DNA of 51,631 nucleotides from Parasitella parasitica NRRL 2501 (GCA_025201805.1 MU619274.1:67028-118658); one strand, 5' to 3'. Positions 1 to 12,268 are shown, counted from the first letter of the stretch. Program-made: numbers and translations. Notes: generated by a model not told the origin, from the letters alone.

Positions 1-420
1 CGCAAAAGAAAAGCACCATCAAAACCAAAGAAGCCTGCCTCCAAAGGAACTGTCACTGGCCATTATATGAATTTTATTCAGAAAACAATGGATGAAATGG
101 ATTGCATTCCGGAAATGAAAGGATATTATATAGTTATGGATAATGCACCAATCCATACATCTAACGAGATTGATACTATGGTGACAGAGAGAGGATATAA
201 GTGCATTTATCTCCCTCCTTACTCGCCTGAACTTGATCCTATTGAGCAATTTTGGTCCATAGTTAAAAATAAGGTCAAACGTAGCCAATTTCAAACCAAA
301 GAGGATTTATCAACAAGAATAACTGAGGCTTGCAATAATCTTCCTCCAGAACATCTTCGAGCATTTGTACAACATTCGGTAAACATATTTGAAGATTGCT
401 TAAAAGGCAATCCTATCTAA
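1..420 (+). CDS. Tc1/mariner-IS630 family DDE transposase, C-terminal part (5' truncated by window edge)
   Basis: Frame is open from base 1 (RKRKAPSKPKK...). It contains the DDE_3-type motifs IVMDNAPIH and YLPPYSPELDPIEQFWSIVK. Confidence 0.93.
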   Translation, partial: RKRKAPSKPKKPASKGTVTGHYMNFIQKTMDEMDCIPEMKGYYIVMDNAPIHTSNEIDTMVTERGYKCIYLPPYSPELDPIEQFWSIVKNKVKRSQFQTKEDLSTRITEACNNLPPEHLRAFVQHSVNIFEDCLKGNPI

Positions 421-468
421 TAAAATGTCACAAACAACTGTAAAAAATATCTACTGAGGATCGAAGAG

Positions 469-552
469 ACCGCCCTTTGAGAAAATTGTAACCGCCCTTT
501 GAGAAAAAACAATCCGCTTATTGAGAATTATAAAAACCACCTTTTTATTGCG
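469..552 (+). repeat. 22-bp-period subterminal direct repeats (probable transposase-binding sites)
   Basis: ACCGCCCTTTGAGAAAA occurs at 469-485 and 491-507, with degenerate copies at ~513 and ~536. Confidence 0.8.
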
Positions 553-1889
553 CTAACTGTACTTGAGTTCGACTTCCGGTTGGGAAATTGACACATCAGT
601 CGGGATGGTTTCCATTGAGCGATGTGCCTATCAAAAATTATTATGTGCGTATCGTTACCTTCTGCATCAAAGCTAAAAAATTTAAGGCCAAGTCAGTACT
701 ATTCCTAACTCTGCATGCTATTTTTATCGAACTGGGTATTGGAGATACATATACAAGAAAGTAATTCCTTATTACTGGAAAAAATATGCCGCCCAAAAAT
801 ATCTCTTGATGATTGATTATTTACATTCTTTGATATCATATCATATTATGTAATAATCATTAGACTGTTACAGGCATACAAAAAAGCTGCTTATTTTACT
901 TTTATACATTGTTGCTCACTCTGCTTATATTTTTCTGTGGTATGTAGTCTTTGCAAGAGGCTCAACAAAGAGTTATAAATGCATATGGATAATTTAGCGT
1001 TTAGACTTAAACTACGCAATGTACTCATAAGTAACCCAAAGTAGAAAACGATTGATCTTCAGTTCTATATTTAAATATTAAAGGTTTATGTCAAAATATG
1101 AACCTATGATATAAAATTGATAGAAACCTATAAGTATGCTTCAGATCTTGAAGAATCTGACACATTTTAAACAAAAGTAATATTATCTACCAAGTACATA
1201 ATTCAGCACATACCGTCATCTCTTTGCGATGCGTTTATTGAGTACCTCAGGTTTTTATACTAATTTGGCTATTACAGATAACCTGTAAAGTTTAGTATCA
1301 AAAAAACCTTTTATATATTATTGTGGGTATTGAAATGAGGGTAACTGAAATTTTTATAAGCTTATTAAAAGCTTTTGATCTAAAGTCAGGGAGGGAACAG
1401 CTGAGAGGAAAGGGACTTGGTGGCAGCGTTAAAGTGTTGAGATTTTTTTTTTTGGTAGACTTAAAACCAGAGTACATTTGTCAATTGTACAAACTGAAAA
1501 AAAGAAAAAAAATTCCTCAGAACAGTAAGAATGATTTTCATCTGATGTTGATAAATTCTAGTTGACCATGTAGTAAATCGAACTAATACCAACCGTATTT
1601 TGTCGGCTCGGGTTTTTCCTAAGCCCATATCTGCACTTTTGGTGAATCATCCCATGTGATCATACGTAAATGACGCATAATCACGCATTAAACCTGATTG
1701 TTTTTGTTGCAACAGAAACATTGCTTTGGGATAAGGACTAGATCGAAGTCATGCTTCTGTTTTGCTTTTTCCTCTGCAACAAGTATAGGTTTAATGTATA
1801 TGAAAGACGAGTTGTTGTTATAATATGCAAAGTGTATCATCGCCGACATTCATTTGATGCATACACATGTGCATTGCAGTTTATTTTAG

Positions 1890-1920
<31 letters not shown>

Positions 1921-2341
1921 TAGCTATTATCATATTTCGTATATTGTTGCATACGACAAGCTGATTTCTCGTAAAATAGGGATACTAGAATTGCATTGTT
2001 TGAAAATATGCGAGAGAATATTTAATGAATCTGGTCGTATCATGCAATAAAGTTGCTTTTTACATATCAAGACAATATCAGCAAAAATCTCGATGGATGC
2101 GGCATTTTCTTGATTGATGAAAATAATGGTGAAACCTTAGATTTTTCGGGGAAACGATATTTACCTTCGCCAAATACTCGGCCAATCTCCTCAAAAGGAA
2201 AATGCATGTAGTGAAAGGGGTGTTGAAGGTCTTATTTATTATATTAGAATTATTATATTTACAAAACAAAGAAAAAAAAAAAGGCGGTGGTAGGGAAGAA
2301 ATGAGAGATGTAGAATAAGGATAACAGGGGAGTTATATACA

Positions 2342-3566
2342 TCAAGAGGGTGACAAAAAGGAAGATATATGGATACGTCTATAATTGGGTTTGCTGTTAC
2401 TACTACCACTGCTATTACTGCTATCAGTAGTTGCAAGTGAGGAAGCTTCAGCTGAAGTGGACGATGGCTTTTCTGCATCTGCATCCACTTCTTGGCACCC
2501 TTTTTTACTTTCTATAGTACGGTGATGATCAACTATTACACTATTGGAATAAGCTCGATCAACAACATGACGTATCCTCCTACCTTTTCGTATAGAGATC
2601 TTGATTCCCTGTTGAGCAAAAGACTGGGAAATTAGTGTTGAATCTGAAAAGTGAATATTAATTCTTTCAACATTTTATTTTACATTTCAAATACGATACG
2701 AGTACATACCTGTCATTCCCGGAAAGTTTTTTGCAGAATATACTGTAAAAGGTTTTGACAAGACATGGTTGGTGACCCGCGTGCTCATTGTGAGAGGATC
2801 TCTAAGAGTGGATTTAACACACATTTTCGCAAGTTGAAATACGACATGAATTGTTACCCTGCGGACAAATCGATAAACATAAACTTTAAGCAAAAGGTGC
2901 CTTCAATGCGAACAGATAAATCTTGGAAAATAAAGAAAATGCCAGGCTCATTTTTGTGATCTGTCAATTGGTAGGCGTTTGACACAACAGCACCCATCAG
3001 TGATCTAGTCGGTGCAGGATCTTGAAATGAAAGTAATGTGCCAGTGGTTGGTTTTGAATCGGTTGCAGGAGATACTAATTGGGAGTTAATTCAAACGGGT
3101 CATTTTTATTTGTAAAACTGCTTTTACCAGATGCCGGTGCAGCAGATGATGGATTGTAGACGTGGCTCCTTTGCTCTTCGCCATTTTCAGAACAGAGATC
3201 ACATTGAACAACAAACAAAGAGATATTGCTATCATCATCACTACAAATGTGCAAAAGCAGTAAATATGCATTCTCTTGACCATTTTGATTTCCTATATTT
3301 ACTGAGCATTTTGCAGGGTTCCATCAGGCCTTTCAAGAAATAACTGCAGGATAGGGGGAGGATCGATAGGCCTTCTGTCTTTTTCGCCAAATCCACAACA
3401 TCTAGCTCGAACTGGGTTTTGGACCATGACTATTTTTGGAAAAATCAAAGAGAAGGGTTGGAATATGTGAAAATTAAGATGCTATTCGACACATACTTAA
3501 TCTGTATTGTTTGCTCTTTTGACTTGGACGACCCAATCCTAAAGGAGGTGGAATCAAGAAGGACAT
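2342..3566 (-). CDS. Velvet-domain transcriptional regulator (VelB/VosA-type), 6 exons
   Basis: Manual splicing across five GT-AG introns gives MSFLIPPP...QYRLIMVQNPVRARCCGFGEKDRRPIDPPPILQL...RSLMGAVVSNAYQLTDHKNEPGIFFIFQDLSVRIEGTFCLKFMFIDL...SKPFTVYSAKNFPGMTDSTLISQSFAQQGIKISIRK. These are the hallmark velvet motifs. ATG at 3566, TGA at 2342-2344. Confidence 0.93.
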
Positions 3567-3810
3567 TATTTAACGATTAAATCTGTATTTATTCTTTCTC
3601 GGGAAGGCTATTGAAAATAAAGAAAAAAAAAGCTTCTTCTAGAATGTGTAAATGGATTTCGAAAGAAGAAGAAGACCTTTTAGCACGATTCATTCTTAAA
3701 TACTGCAATAAAAAAGGTCACTTTTTTCATTTCATGTTTAGTGCAAATTTATTAGTGACACAATGATAAAAAAAAGGTAGAAAATACAAAAAAGGGCTTG
3801 GGTTTATTAG

Positions 3811-6242
3811 CTAAAGCTTATTTTCCAAGCTTCTGGACTCCTTCAAGGCTTTAACACTCTTCAATACATCATCCAGCGGGATAGTTTGACCCTTTGCTTT
3901 GGTGCCAACATCGTCTCTGTTACGAACATTGACTGATCGGGTGGAAGCCTCTTCTTCACCTACGATGAAAATGAAATTGTATTGAGCAATTTCGGCATTT
4001 CTAATCTTCTTGTTGAGAGTATTGTCAGACACATCTGCATCCGCGAAAATACCAAAATCAACTAGTGTTTCTACAATTTCTTTTGCATAATCTTTGAAAG
4101 AAGCAGCAACAGGAACCACTTGAACCTGACGAGGTGATAACCAGAAGGGAAACTTTCCAGCGAAATGCTCAATGACAATTCCCATCATCCGTTCAACGGA
4201 GCCAAGGATAGCACGATGAATAATAACAGGAGTGGCCATCGGATTGTCAGAACCATCAGTACGATATTCTAGCTTGAAACGCTGGGGCAACTGGAAATCG
4301 AGTTGGATAGTAGCACATTGGTGCTTACGACGAAGAGCATCAGAAATGACAATATCAATCTTGGGTCCGTAGAAAGCACCATCTCCTGGGTTAAGTTCCC
4401 AGCTAATACCCTTTAAGTTGGCAAACCTTTTCAAAGAGTCTTCCAGCATCTAGTCCAAACATTGTGTCATTCAGTTACATCATTTGTTCTTTTTTGTTCT
4501 GTTACCTTCTCAGCATTATCCCAAACGCTAACATCACCAATAAAGTTTTCAGGACGAGTAGAGAGCTTCAAGTGGAAGTCAAAGCCAAATATGCCGTACA
4601 CTTCATTCAAGAAATCGAAGCAACCAGTCATTTCTTGTTCAATCTACATCAAATGTTTAGTGAGATTCTTTGTTTTTCTTGCTCTCTTTACTTGATCTAT
4701 GCGGCAAAAGATATGGGCGTCATCCTGTTGGAAACGACGCACACGAGTCAAACCAGAAAGTGCGCCAGAAAACTCGTTGCGATGAAGAACACCGAAATCA
4801 GCAAAACGCAAAGGAAGATCACGATGGCTTCTATCCTTGTGCCCAAACATCAAGCAATGGCCAGGGCAGTTCATTGGCTTCAATGCAAATTCCTCCTTAT
4901 CCACTTCAAAACAAAACATGTTTTCCTTGTATTTTTCAGCATGGCCGGATTGATTCCAAAGCTTCAAATTAAACATATTTGGAGTAATAACCTCAGTAAA
5001 TCCTCTGTTTTGGTATTCCTCTTTGATGACATTCATCAAAGCATTGTAGATACGAGCACCGTGAGGGAGCATAAATGCAGAGCCAGGAGACAATTCGTGG
5101 AAAAAGAAGAGCTCTTGTTCCTTACCGATCTTGCGATGATCACGTTTGGCTGCTTCCTCTATGAATTTCTTGTGTTCGGTCAATTGCTTCTTATTAGGGA
5201 AAGAGATGCCGTAGAGACGCTGGAGAGAGTCATTCTTAGCATCACCCAAAAAGTAGGAAGCAGAGTTCTTGGTAATCGCGAAAGCTTTGACACGGCCCGT
5301 GTGAGGAATATGAGGACCTCTACATAAATCAATCAAAGGGCCACATCTGTACACGGTGGTAGAGGTGCCGTCAGGGATCTTGTCGTTAATGATATGAACC
5401 TTGTACGGATTATGCTTGAACATTTCCAAAATATCCTCCTTGGAAATAACCAAACGCTCAAACTTTTGCTCCTCTTTCGCAACTTGAGTAACCAATTTTT
5501 CGAGGTTGGCATAATCATCTTGAGATACAACACTATATACGTGCAATGTCAATAACAAAAAAAAAACCCCACTAAATGACACAATCCGTTACGCTTTACC
5601 GATCTTCAACACCCATTTCGTAATAGAAGCCATTCTCGATTGGAGGGCCAATACAAAGATTACAAGCGTAATGGCGTTCACAGGCTTCGCCCAACATGTG
5701 GGCGGACGAGTGCCAAAAGACGCTCTTACCTTCATCATTGTCAAAATCTAACAATTCCAGCTTGCAAGAAGCTTCAAGAGGACGAGTCAAATCCCAAAGC
5801 TCGCCGTCCACCTTTGAGATGACAGTGCGCTCAGCAAGAGATTTGGCAATACCAAGAGCAATGGACAAAGGAGTGGTCTCCCAAGACGTGCCTTCCTTTT
5901 GGCTACCATCGGGCAAGGTAATAGTGATAGGTTCGCGAGGTTTTTCTAACATTTGAAATGCATGAATTTCTTTTCTCTAAAAAAACGAATGGATATTTAC
6001 GAGCAATCTCCGCGTCTGCAGCAGCCTTCAGTTTGTCGAACATATCAATACGATGTTGAAGAAATGCGGGAGGAGGAGTGACCTTGCGTTCAAATTAGCC
6101 TTTGAAAATACATTTTAAAAAAAGATCTCGCGATAAATACCTCTAGAGGATAGGCGCTGACATTAGCATTTTTAGCCTTGGGCGCCTTTGGAGCCTTGGG
6201 TTTCTTGTCAACCATAGGCTTTGTATCGACAGTATCTGACAT
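3811..6242 (-). CDS. THS1: Threonyl-tRNA synthetase, cytosolic (multi-exon)
   Basis: TGS domain (ITITLPDGS...), editing motifs WHSSAH and DLCRGPH, catalytic motifs KPMNCPGHC and [11 protein letters not shown], and anticodon-binding domain ([10 protein letters not shown]...KKIRNAE). First exon MSDTVDTKP starts at 6242. Confidence 0.97.
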
Positions 6243-6960
6243 TTCTCGATATTATAGGAAGAGAGAAAAGAGCAAAAAGGGGAGTTTTGTTTTCTCCGTT
6301 TATACCTTGTCAGTTGAGAAAAAATATTTTGGGTATTACAAGCCACCACCATCCACTTGAATGTAGCTCATGAATGTCTCATTTGTACTCTTTAAATTAG
6401 ACAATTGGAAGTTTTTCGTGGATGATTGAAAAAGAGAAATAGAAAAGAACAAGATGCGGGATAGCCGTGTTTAATACGGGTATTGCATAAGCGGACGTCC
6501 TTTCAAATCCCAGATTGATTTTGCAATCTTAATCATGTTCCTGGCTACATATTGCATCTCTTACATTCAACAGGCTTTGTAGCTTCATGTTCAGTTTTTT
6601 GTTTTTGTTTTTTTTCAGAATACTTCTTGTCCATTTTAGTTGCAGGGCTCTGCTTTCTTTTATTACTTTTTGTGCCAAATTTTGATTTGAAAAAAAAAAA
6701 AAAAAACTTGATACCAACCGCACACTTGCTCACAATAAATCATCGCTTCTCAACGCAAGTGAGACCTTGTTGTCAAACACATCCTAATGAGTATCCAGGT
6801 CGTTGGCAAATATTCGTCTGGTGAGAAACCAGTTTTGAAAAAAAAACTGCTACGAAAAGACAGACTAGGTATTCATTATTATTGTGTCATTTTGTGTTTG
6901 ACAACTTCATACATAAAAAATCAAAGTGATTCAGCATCAAAATACCAACTTCTAGTGTTT

Positions 6961-8644
6961 TTATTCTGGTTTACCAATTAAACCTTTACCCCAGTTTTGA
7001 ATGACACGCGAACATTGGCTACGGATATGTTGCGATCTAGGTGATTTCCAAAGACCTAAAGCATCTAGTTGTCTAGCATGGTGAACGCACTGTTCCCAAT
7101 AAAATTTAGCATAAATTCGATTCTCAACAACGTTCTGTTATACAGTAAATAAAAAATGTGAGATGAGGGGAGAGGGGAGAGAGGGGAAGCGTTAGATGAC
7201 AACCATGTAGACAAGCTCTTGTTAAAACTTACATCAAAATCAGTAACTTCGGCAGCCTCGTCTTCCAAGGGCATTTGTACCATAAAATCATCTGGCAAAA
7301 CCCAAATTTCATTGCCTTGCAGATAACTGGAGAAAATACACGCAGCTCTGCTATCCAAAAATCGTTCTGAACACCAGGGCTGAATCGTTTTTGATTCAAT
7401 GACCACAGGCTCATAATGGAACTCATACTTTTCGACAGCATACAGAGATTCGGCGTCCATCCATCTTTCCAAATCTGTAGGCCCTTCGTTCTCCTTCCAA
7501 TGTTTATCATCAAGTGCCATTTTATCCTCGCTCAACTTGAAGATAAGTTGAGATTTGTCATAAGGAATATCATCACGAGTGGCCTGTCTGCTTTTGAAGG
7601 TGAACGTAGGCAAGGCCAATACATCACCTGTCAGTAAGAGACTATCGATGCGTTCTTTGTTGGATTCAAGCGTACGACGTAAATCAGTAGCTGGGATGAC
7701 GCCGTGAGGTAAATCCATAATATAGTCGGTTTGTGCCAAGAGCCTGGCCAAGTTACGCTCGGCGTTACGAGGAAATAACACACTCAATTTATCACCGGGA
7801 ATGGGAGCAAAATGTAAGTCCACATTTCTATACAACTCGGGTGTGTTTTCGTATTCTCGCTTAATTTTTTCAATTGATGATGTATCGTTTTGTTCAATGT
7901 GAATAATGGCAGAAATCGGCCCTACATTTTATAAGTCAAGACAACATTTGTATATTTAGCTTTTTGAGGCTTACCTTCCCAATAGATGGTTAGCCGCTTT
8001 AAGTCCTCCCATGTGTCTGCAGTTGCTGTAGTAACGATAGAAACTTCGTCTTTTTCGGGCACATTGCTTGCCTTTTGCCAGAAAGGCTGGACATTTTTGG
8101 CAGCGTCATAGTAGCTCTTGCTAAATAATTTACTCATTTTCAAGCCATGCGTCATTTGGTTCATAAGTGAGTAAGCATCATCTGTGTGTTGTTAGGTTAT
8201 GAGTTGATTTTATCCACAAGTTTTGGGGCTCCTTTACCTTGATCATACGTTCTTTGAGGAACCCAGTCATTGTTAAACTGTTCATTACTGATTTGCTGCT
8301 TGAGTCTAAAAGAGTCATTGTCACTGGATGGTGCCAAAAAGTACCTCCAGGTGTGATTTAGGGATAAAAATACCGAGAAAATGACATAAAACAATGCTAC
8401 AAAGCGTATCAGGCGAGATTGCACAAATTTGGACAAGATTGAAGGTTTAGCAGTGCCGCCAAAAGCATTTCCGTGTTTTGAATGAGGCAAAAGAGGCCCT
8501 GTGGGATTCAGAAAGCTGTGCGCTCTTAAGCTAATGGAATTAAGAAATCTAGGGAAATTCCAAGTAGCCGAGGGCGCTGCATTTAGGGATGGCCTGCTAT
8601 TACTATGCCGTTTTAACTCTGGCTTTGGGTTTTGTTGCTGCTGC

Positions 8645-8677
<33 letters not shown>

Positions 8678-8778
8678 ACATTTAAAGAAGGCTTTCTTTG
8701 GTGTGAAGTAGTTTTCTTGGATGTTGTGATGGAGGTAGACCTTGAATGCTTTGGTCTGACAGCAGGCAAGTCAGACAT
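6961..8778 (-). CDS. Type II membrane glycosyltransferase, GT49 / LARGE-B4GAT1-like (multi-exon)
   Basis: Low-complexity polyQ N-terminus, one TM segment (FVALFYVIFSVFLSL), then VSIVT...W(E)GPISA, NVDLH, FPRNAERNLARLLAQTDY and YEPVVI motifs resembling Glyco_transf_49. Last exon ends ...WGKGLIGKPE* at 6961. Confidence 0.75.
8632..8676 (-). repeat. (CAA/CAG)n microsatellite encoding polyQ
   Basis: (TGT/TGC)n run on the + strand, read as a polyQ tract in ORF 8197..8778. Confidence 0.9.
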
Positions 8779-9020
8779 TTTTCTGATACGAGAGAAAGAG
8801 AGAGAGAGAGAGAGAGTGACGCTAATAAAGATGGCTAATTGCTTTAAATATAAATCAGATCTCCGTTGTAATCAATTTTGTACAATCATCTCCAAGTGCT
8901 ATTAAAAATAGCAAAACGCCCCGCGAAAGATAATGAATAATCCAGCAAAGAGACGATAAAAAACCGTTCAAGAATACTTTCTCCTCTTCTTCTTTCTTTT
9001 GTTTTCAAAATTCTTCAAAA

Positions 9021-9383
9021 ATGAGCTACCCCAATAACCAAAACCAACAATACTATCCTCCTCCTCCACAACAAGGATACTATCCACCACCACCACCACA
9101 ACAACAACAAGGATACTATACACCGCAAGGCAGCAATTATTACCAGTAAGTTTTCTTTGTCTTTCCTGTTATTGTGATTACTAAGTATCCATTGCTGCTA
9201 GACCCCAACCTTCTCCAGTTTTTATTCAACAGACTCAACCTCAAAAAAATGACCACGACTGCTGTACTGCTTGGTAAGTGTTGACCTTTGCACATTTCAT
9301 ACATCACATTGCTCAATTTCAACGTTTGTTGCTATAGTATGGCAGGTATGTTATGTTGCTGTTTGTTTGACATGTGCACATAA
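9021..9383 (+). CDS. CYSTM (cysteine-rich transmembrane module) tail-anchored protein, 3 exons
   Basis: Splicing two GTAAGT...TAG introns gives MSYPNNQNQQYYPPPPQQGYYPPPPPQQQQGYY...QPQKNDHDCCTACMAGMLCCCLFDMCT*. This is a P/Q/Y-rich head plus the CYSTM Cys-rich tail. Absent from the ORF track. Confidence 0.9.
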
Positions 9384-9985
9384 GAATAAAACGGGATACA
9401 AGAGAGAATGCGGTACAAGTAGTTGGCTTTGGCAGTAATAATAATAGCATATATAATCTACATCCAAACGATATCAACATCTCCCTAAACCGCTCCCTTT
9501 CCCCTTGATTCTTCTATCCTGCGTAAATTTTTGCAGGCAGTAATGTTAAAAAATCAAATTTTCTCTTGGTACAATACATAAACTTTTTTTTCTTAAAACA
9601 CATTTGCATACGTTGAAGAACCAACCAGGAATGATTAGCAGGTGGTTTGATTGTATCGCAGTGAAATATACTTTGAGACAATGGCCAACGGTCAATGAGC
9701 CAGACTAAGGCTTCTTTTGGTATAATAATATGTAAACCTCATACAGCAACGAGTAGAACGTGCTTGCTATTATTATCCGTATTACAAGAGTCGTACAAAG
9801 TTTCTGCGATAAATATGGACATGTTGTAAGCCGAATATCCTTTCAGGTACCAGCACCTCAGCGGCTGATAATTTTAGCAAAAGGGTTATTAAGGATATGT
9901 AAATGAATCATGGAGATGCTTTAATTTCGAGAATAAAAAAGGGTATATTGTACATAATAAATTAATGCAGTTTTTTTTTTTTTTT

Positions 9986-10602
9986 CTAAGAGCAAGTACC
10001 AAACCACGAGCTTAGGTTTTGGTATTTTGATTGACACCGCCTCAATAATGGCTTCTTCTCAGTTTGTCGTGGTGTTTGTGGTGATGTGCTGGTATTCAGC
10101 ATTTGTGTTAATAGCGAAATTGGCTTTTTTACGGTGGCAGCAGCAGTGGTGTAAATTGGATTATTATGATTGTCCATTTCTTTTACAAAGTCCAATTCCT
10201 GTTCAATTTGGCTTGAGAGCTCATCTTCCTCTTCAAAAGAAGAATAAGACCAGGTTGCAGAATAGCTATCCTCTTCTTCCATCTCTTTTTCTTCGCTATC
10301 TTGGTCAGTATCACTGGTATCGACGTAGAACTTTACGCCTGTGTCTGCTGAAGATGTGCCAAGATCCAGCAGTTTGGTGGGCTCAGCTTGTCGACGGCGC
10401 CTCGACTTCCAAGCTGCATCCTCTAAACTGAACTTGTCTTGAAGATTGACATTGTGGGTCTGAGCTACAGCTAAAAACACTAAACTGTTGGTTTCCCGCT
10501 TCCAATTCATGTTTAAACAAATCCCTTACGTTTGCACGAAGCTACCAACTGTTCTGTATTAACGCAGTGGCAATGTGGTGGCTGTATATCACTTGAAGGC
10601 AT
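9986..10602 (-). CDS. Hypothetical acidic protein, possibly with a degenerate DUF1752-like (RLENxxWR) motif, 2 exons
   Basis: ATG at 10602 (MPSSDIQPP...), a GTAAGG...TAG intron, then ORF 9986..10510 containing FSLEDAAWK, an acidic tract and KPISLLTQML. Confidence 0.6.
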
Positions 10603-12268
10603 TTTTTTTTTTGCAGGATGGATGTTGTAGAGACAAAAGAAAGAGGTTTGGAGTGGCCCTTTTTCCTTTCCAGCCTCTTTCTCCTCCCTCTTTAAATAGC
10701 AAATTTGATGGTGTATCACTTTGACCCCAAAATGCGTAATTTAGCATCAGACTTGTAAAAGACGGAGAGGGTGCTTGTGTTTCACAGAACCTTATTCAGA
10801 TGTAAAAGAAGGCTTGCCCCATTCACCATCGATTACATATTTTGTTGTAAGGATGATCAAATTAAATCATTTCGTATGGTATAATTAAAATAAAGTGAAA
10901 GAACAACGCGTATCAGTAGAGAGTTTCTAGCTCTCTGATTCTCTTTTGTGTAATAGATTCATTGATTAAATTCACAATATTCATTAAACTTCTAATAATC
11001 TAGAACACTTGTTTGTAACCGCTTTTTCTTTTCTGTGTTTAGGCCAGAAAAAAAAACGCATCAGGGTGTCTGTTTACTTATTTATGATCACACATACAGA
11101 TTATACTCGTATTTATACATATTTCTTTTCTTCTGTAGAAAACTAACACTTACCACACTCAAAAAACGGCATGTCGTTCATTACATAAGCTTTGGTTGCC
11201 ATCTGATTAGGTGCATCTCCGAAAAAGGACCCTTGCTGGAGATTCGCTTTTAAAATGTATGGATGCGTATTGATAAAAGCAATCTTGTAAACTACAAATC
11301 TCCCTATTATACTTCTATCCTTCTTGGGTTTTACCCAAGGTTAAATCGTTAACAAGATATCTTCAAGTTTTTGGTCTAGCGTTGTTATTCAGCCAAACCC
11401 CACCAAAAAAAAAACATGGTCGGACGCCATATGTAACGCTCTGTTCAACTTGGCCTTTTGTTTTGATGGCATTATTTACGGCTTACGCCCGTCTACAACT
11501 CATCTCCGCCTTTATCCGTTTCGTCTGTCTCCCGATAAGAAATGGTAAATCTCGGGTACAATCTATTGCGTGCAACAATATACAGATCTGTTATCTGCAG
11601 TAAATCGTTATCGCACAACTTGTGCAGTGCTGTCAGCGTGATGATATCGGTATATGCGACTCATGACTGCACTCAATCATGTATCAGCTTCATGATACAG
11701 GCTCGAAACGTTTTTGGTCATAGCCTGTATAAATATGAAAGCATAGTCTGCACACAATCATTCAATGCAGTCAGCCTATTAAATGCACAAACATCCTTAA
11801 AAAGAATAATGTTATTTCAGGTAATCTGATTACTATCAATTTAGTGATTTGCTAGTGATGTACAAGTCTGTAGTGTATGCATGGTATAGTATATCAATGC
11901 AGCATAAAGCCCAGTTTCATAACAATTATGCCATCTATATTTAATATATAGTACATGCTTTGCCAGCATACAAGCCTGTATTTTTAATTCAGCGCCATCT
12001 TCAACCAAAAGCTGCCATTTTACAGCACATACACCCCTGACCTTTATCTGAATTTTGCATTTCTAGGATCGTAAACCTTATGCACTAGATTTTCAATTCT
12101 CAACTTTTAGCCAACCTCCAGTATCATTTTTAGAGACTTATTTAGGGTCCAAAGCAAGGATACTAGGTGTTGATTGTTCAAATTTATGGCTGAGCTTTAG
12201 CTTGTGTATGCGTAGTTTATTTGATCTATAGTTTTATATTATAATACACACTCAAAGTTCTTGCTTTT

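Larger units (their letters stand above)
1..561 (+). mobile_element. Right end of a Tc1/mariner DNA transposon with TIR and TA target-site duplication
   Basis: After the transposase stop and subterminal repeats the sequence ends ...TTGCGCTAACTG|TA. On the minus strand this reads TA|CAGTTAGCGCAATAAAAAGG, a typical CAGT-starting Tc1 terminus at 559 with TA at 560-561. Confidence 0.75.

Noticed and set aside
469-552. Regularly spaced repeats as a CRISPR-like array
   Set aside because: Spacers are only ~5 bp, the context is eukaryotic, and the repeats lie within a transposon end.
1890-1918. A29 run as a retroposon tail
   Set aside because: No flanking TSD or upstream element was recognised, and long A/T runs are common throughout the window.
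4464-5327. 287-aa + strand ORF
   Set aside because: It is the antisense shadow of the conserved ThrRS exons and has no recognisable motifs.
6740-6832. U2-like start (ATCGCTTCTC) and hammerhead-like CTAATGAG/GAAAC
   Set aside because: There is no U2 branch-recognition GTGTAGTA, and the hammerhead core elements are not correctly spaced around stems.
8501-8905. Poly-Cys ORF on the + strand
   Set aside because: It is the reverse reading of the polyQ (CAA)n tract of the GT49-like gene.
11560-12040. Loosely repetitive AT-rich tract ending in a hAT-like terminus (minus strand CAGGGGTGTATG)
   Set aside because: No partner TIR or 8-bp TSD was found, so it is too weak to call.
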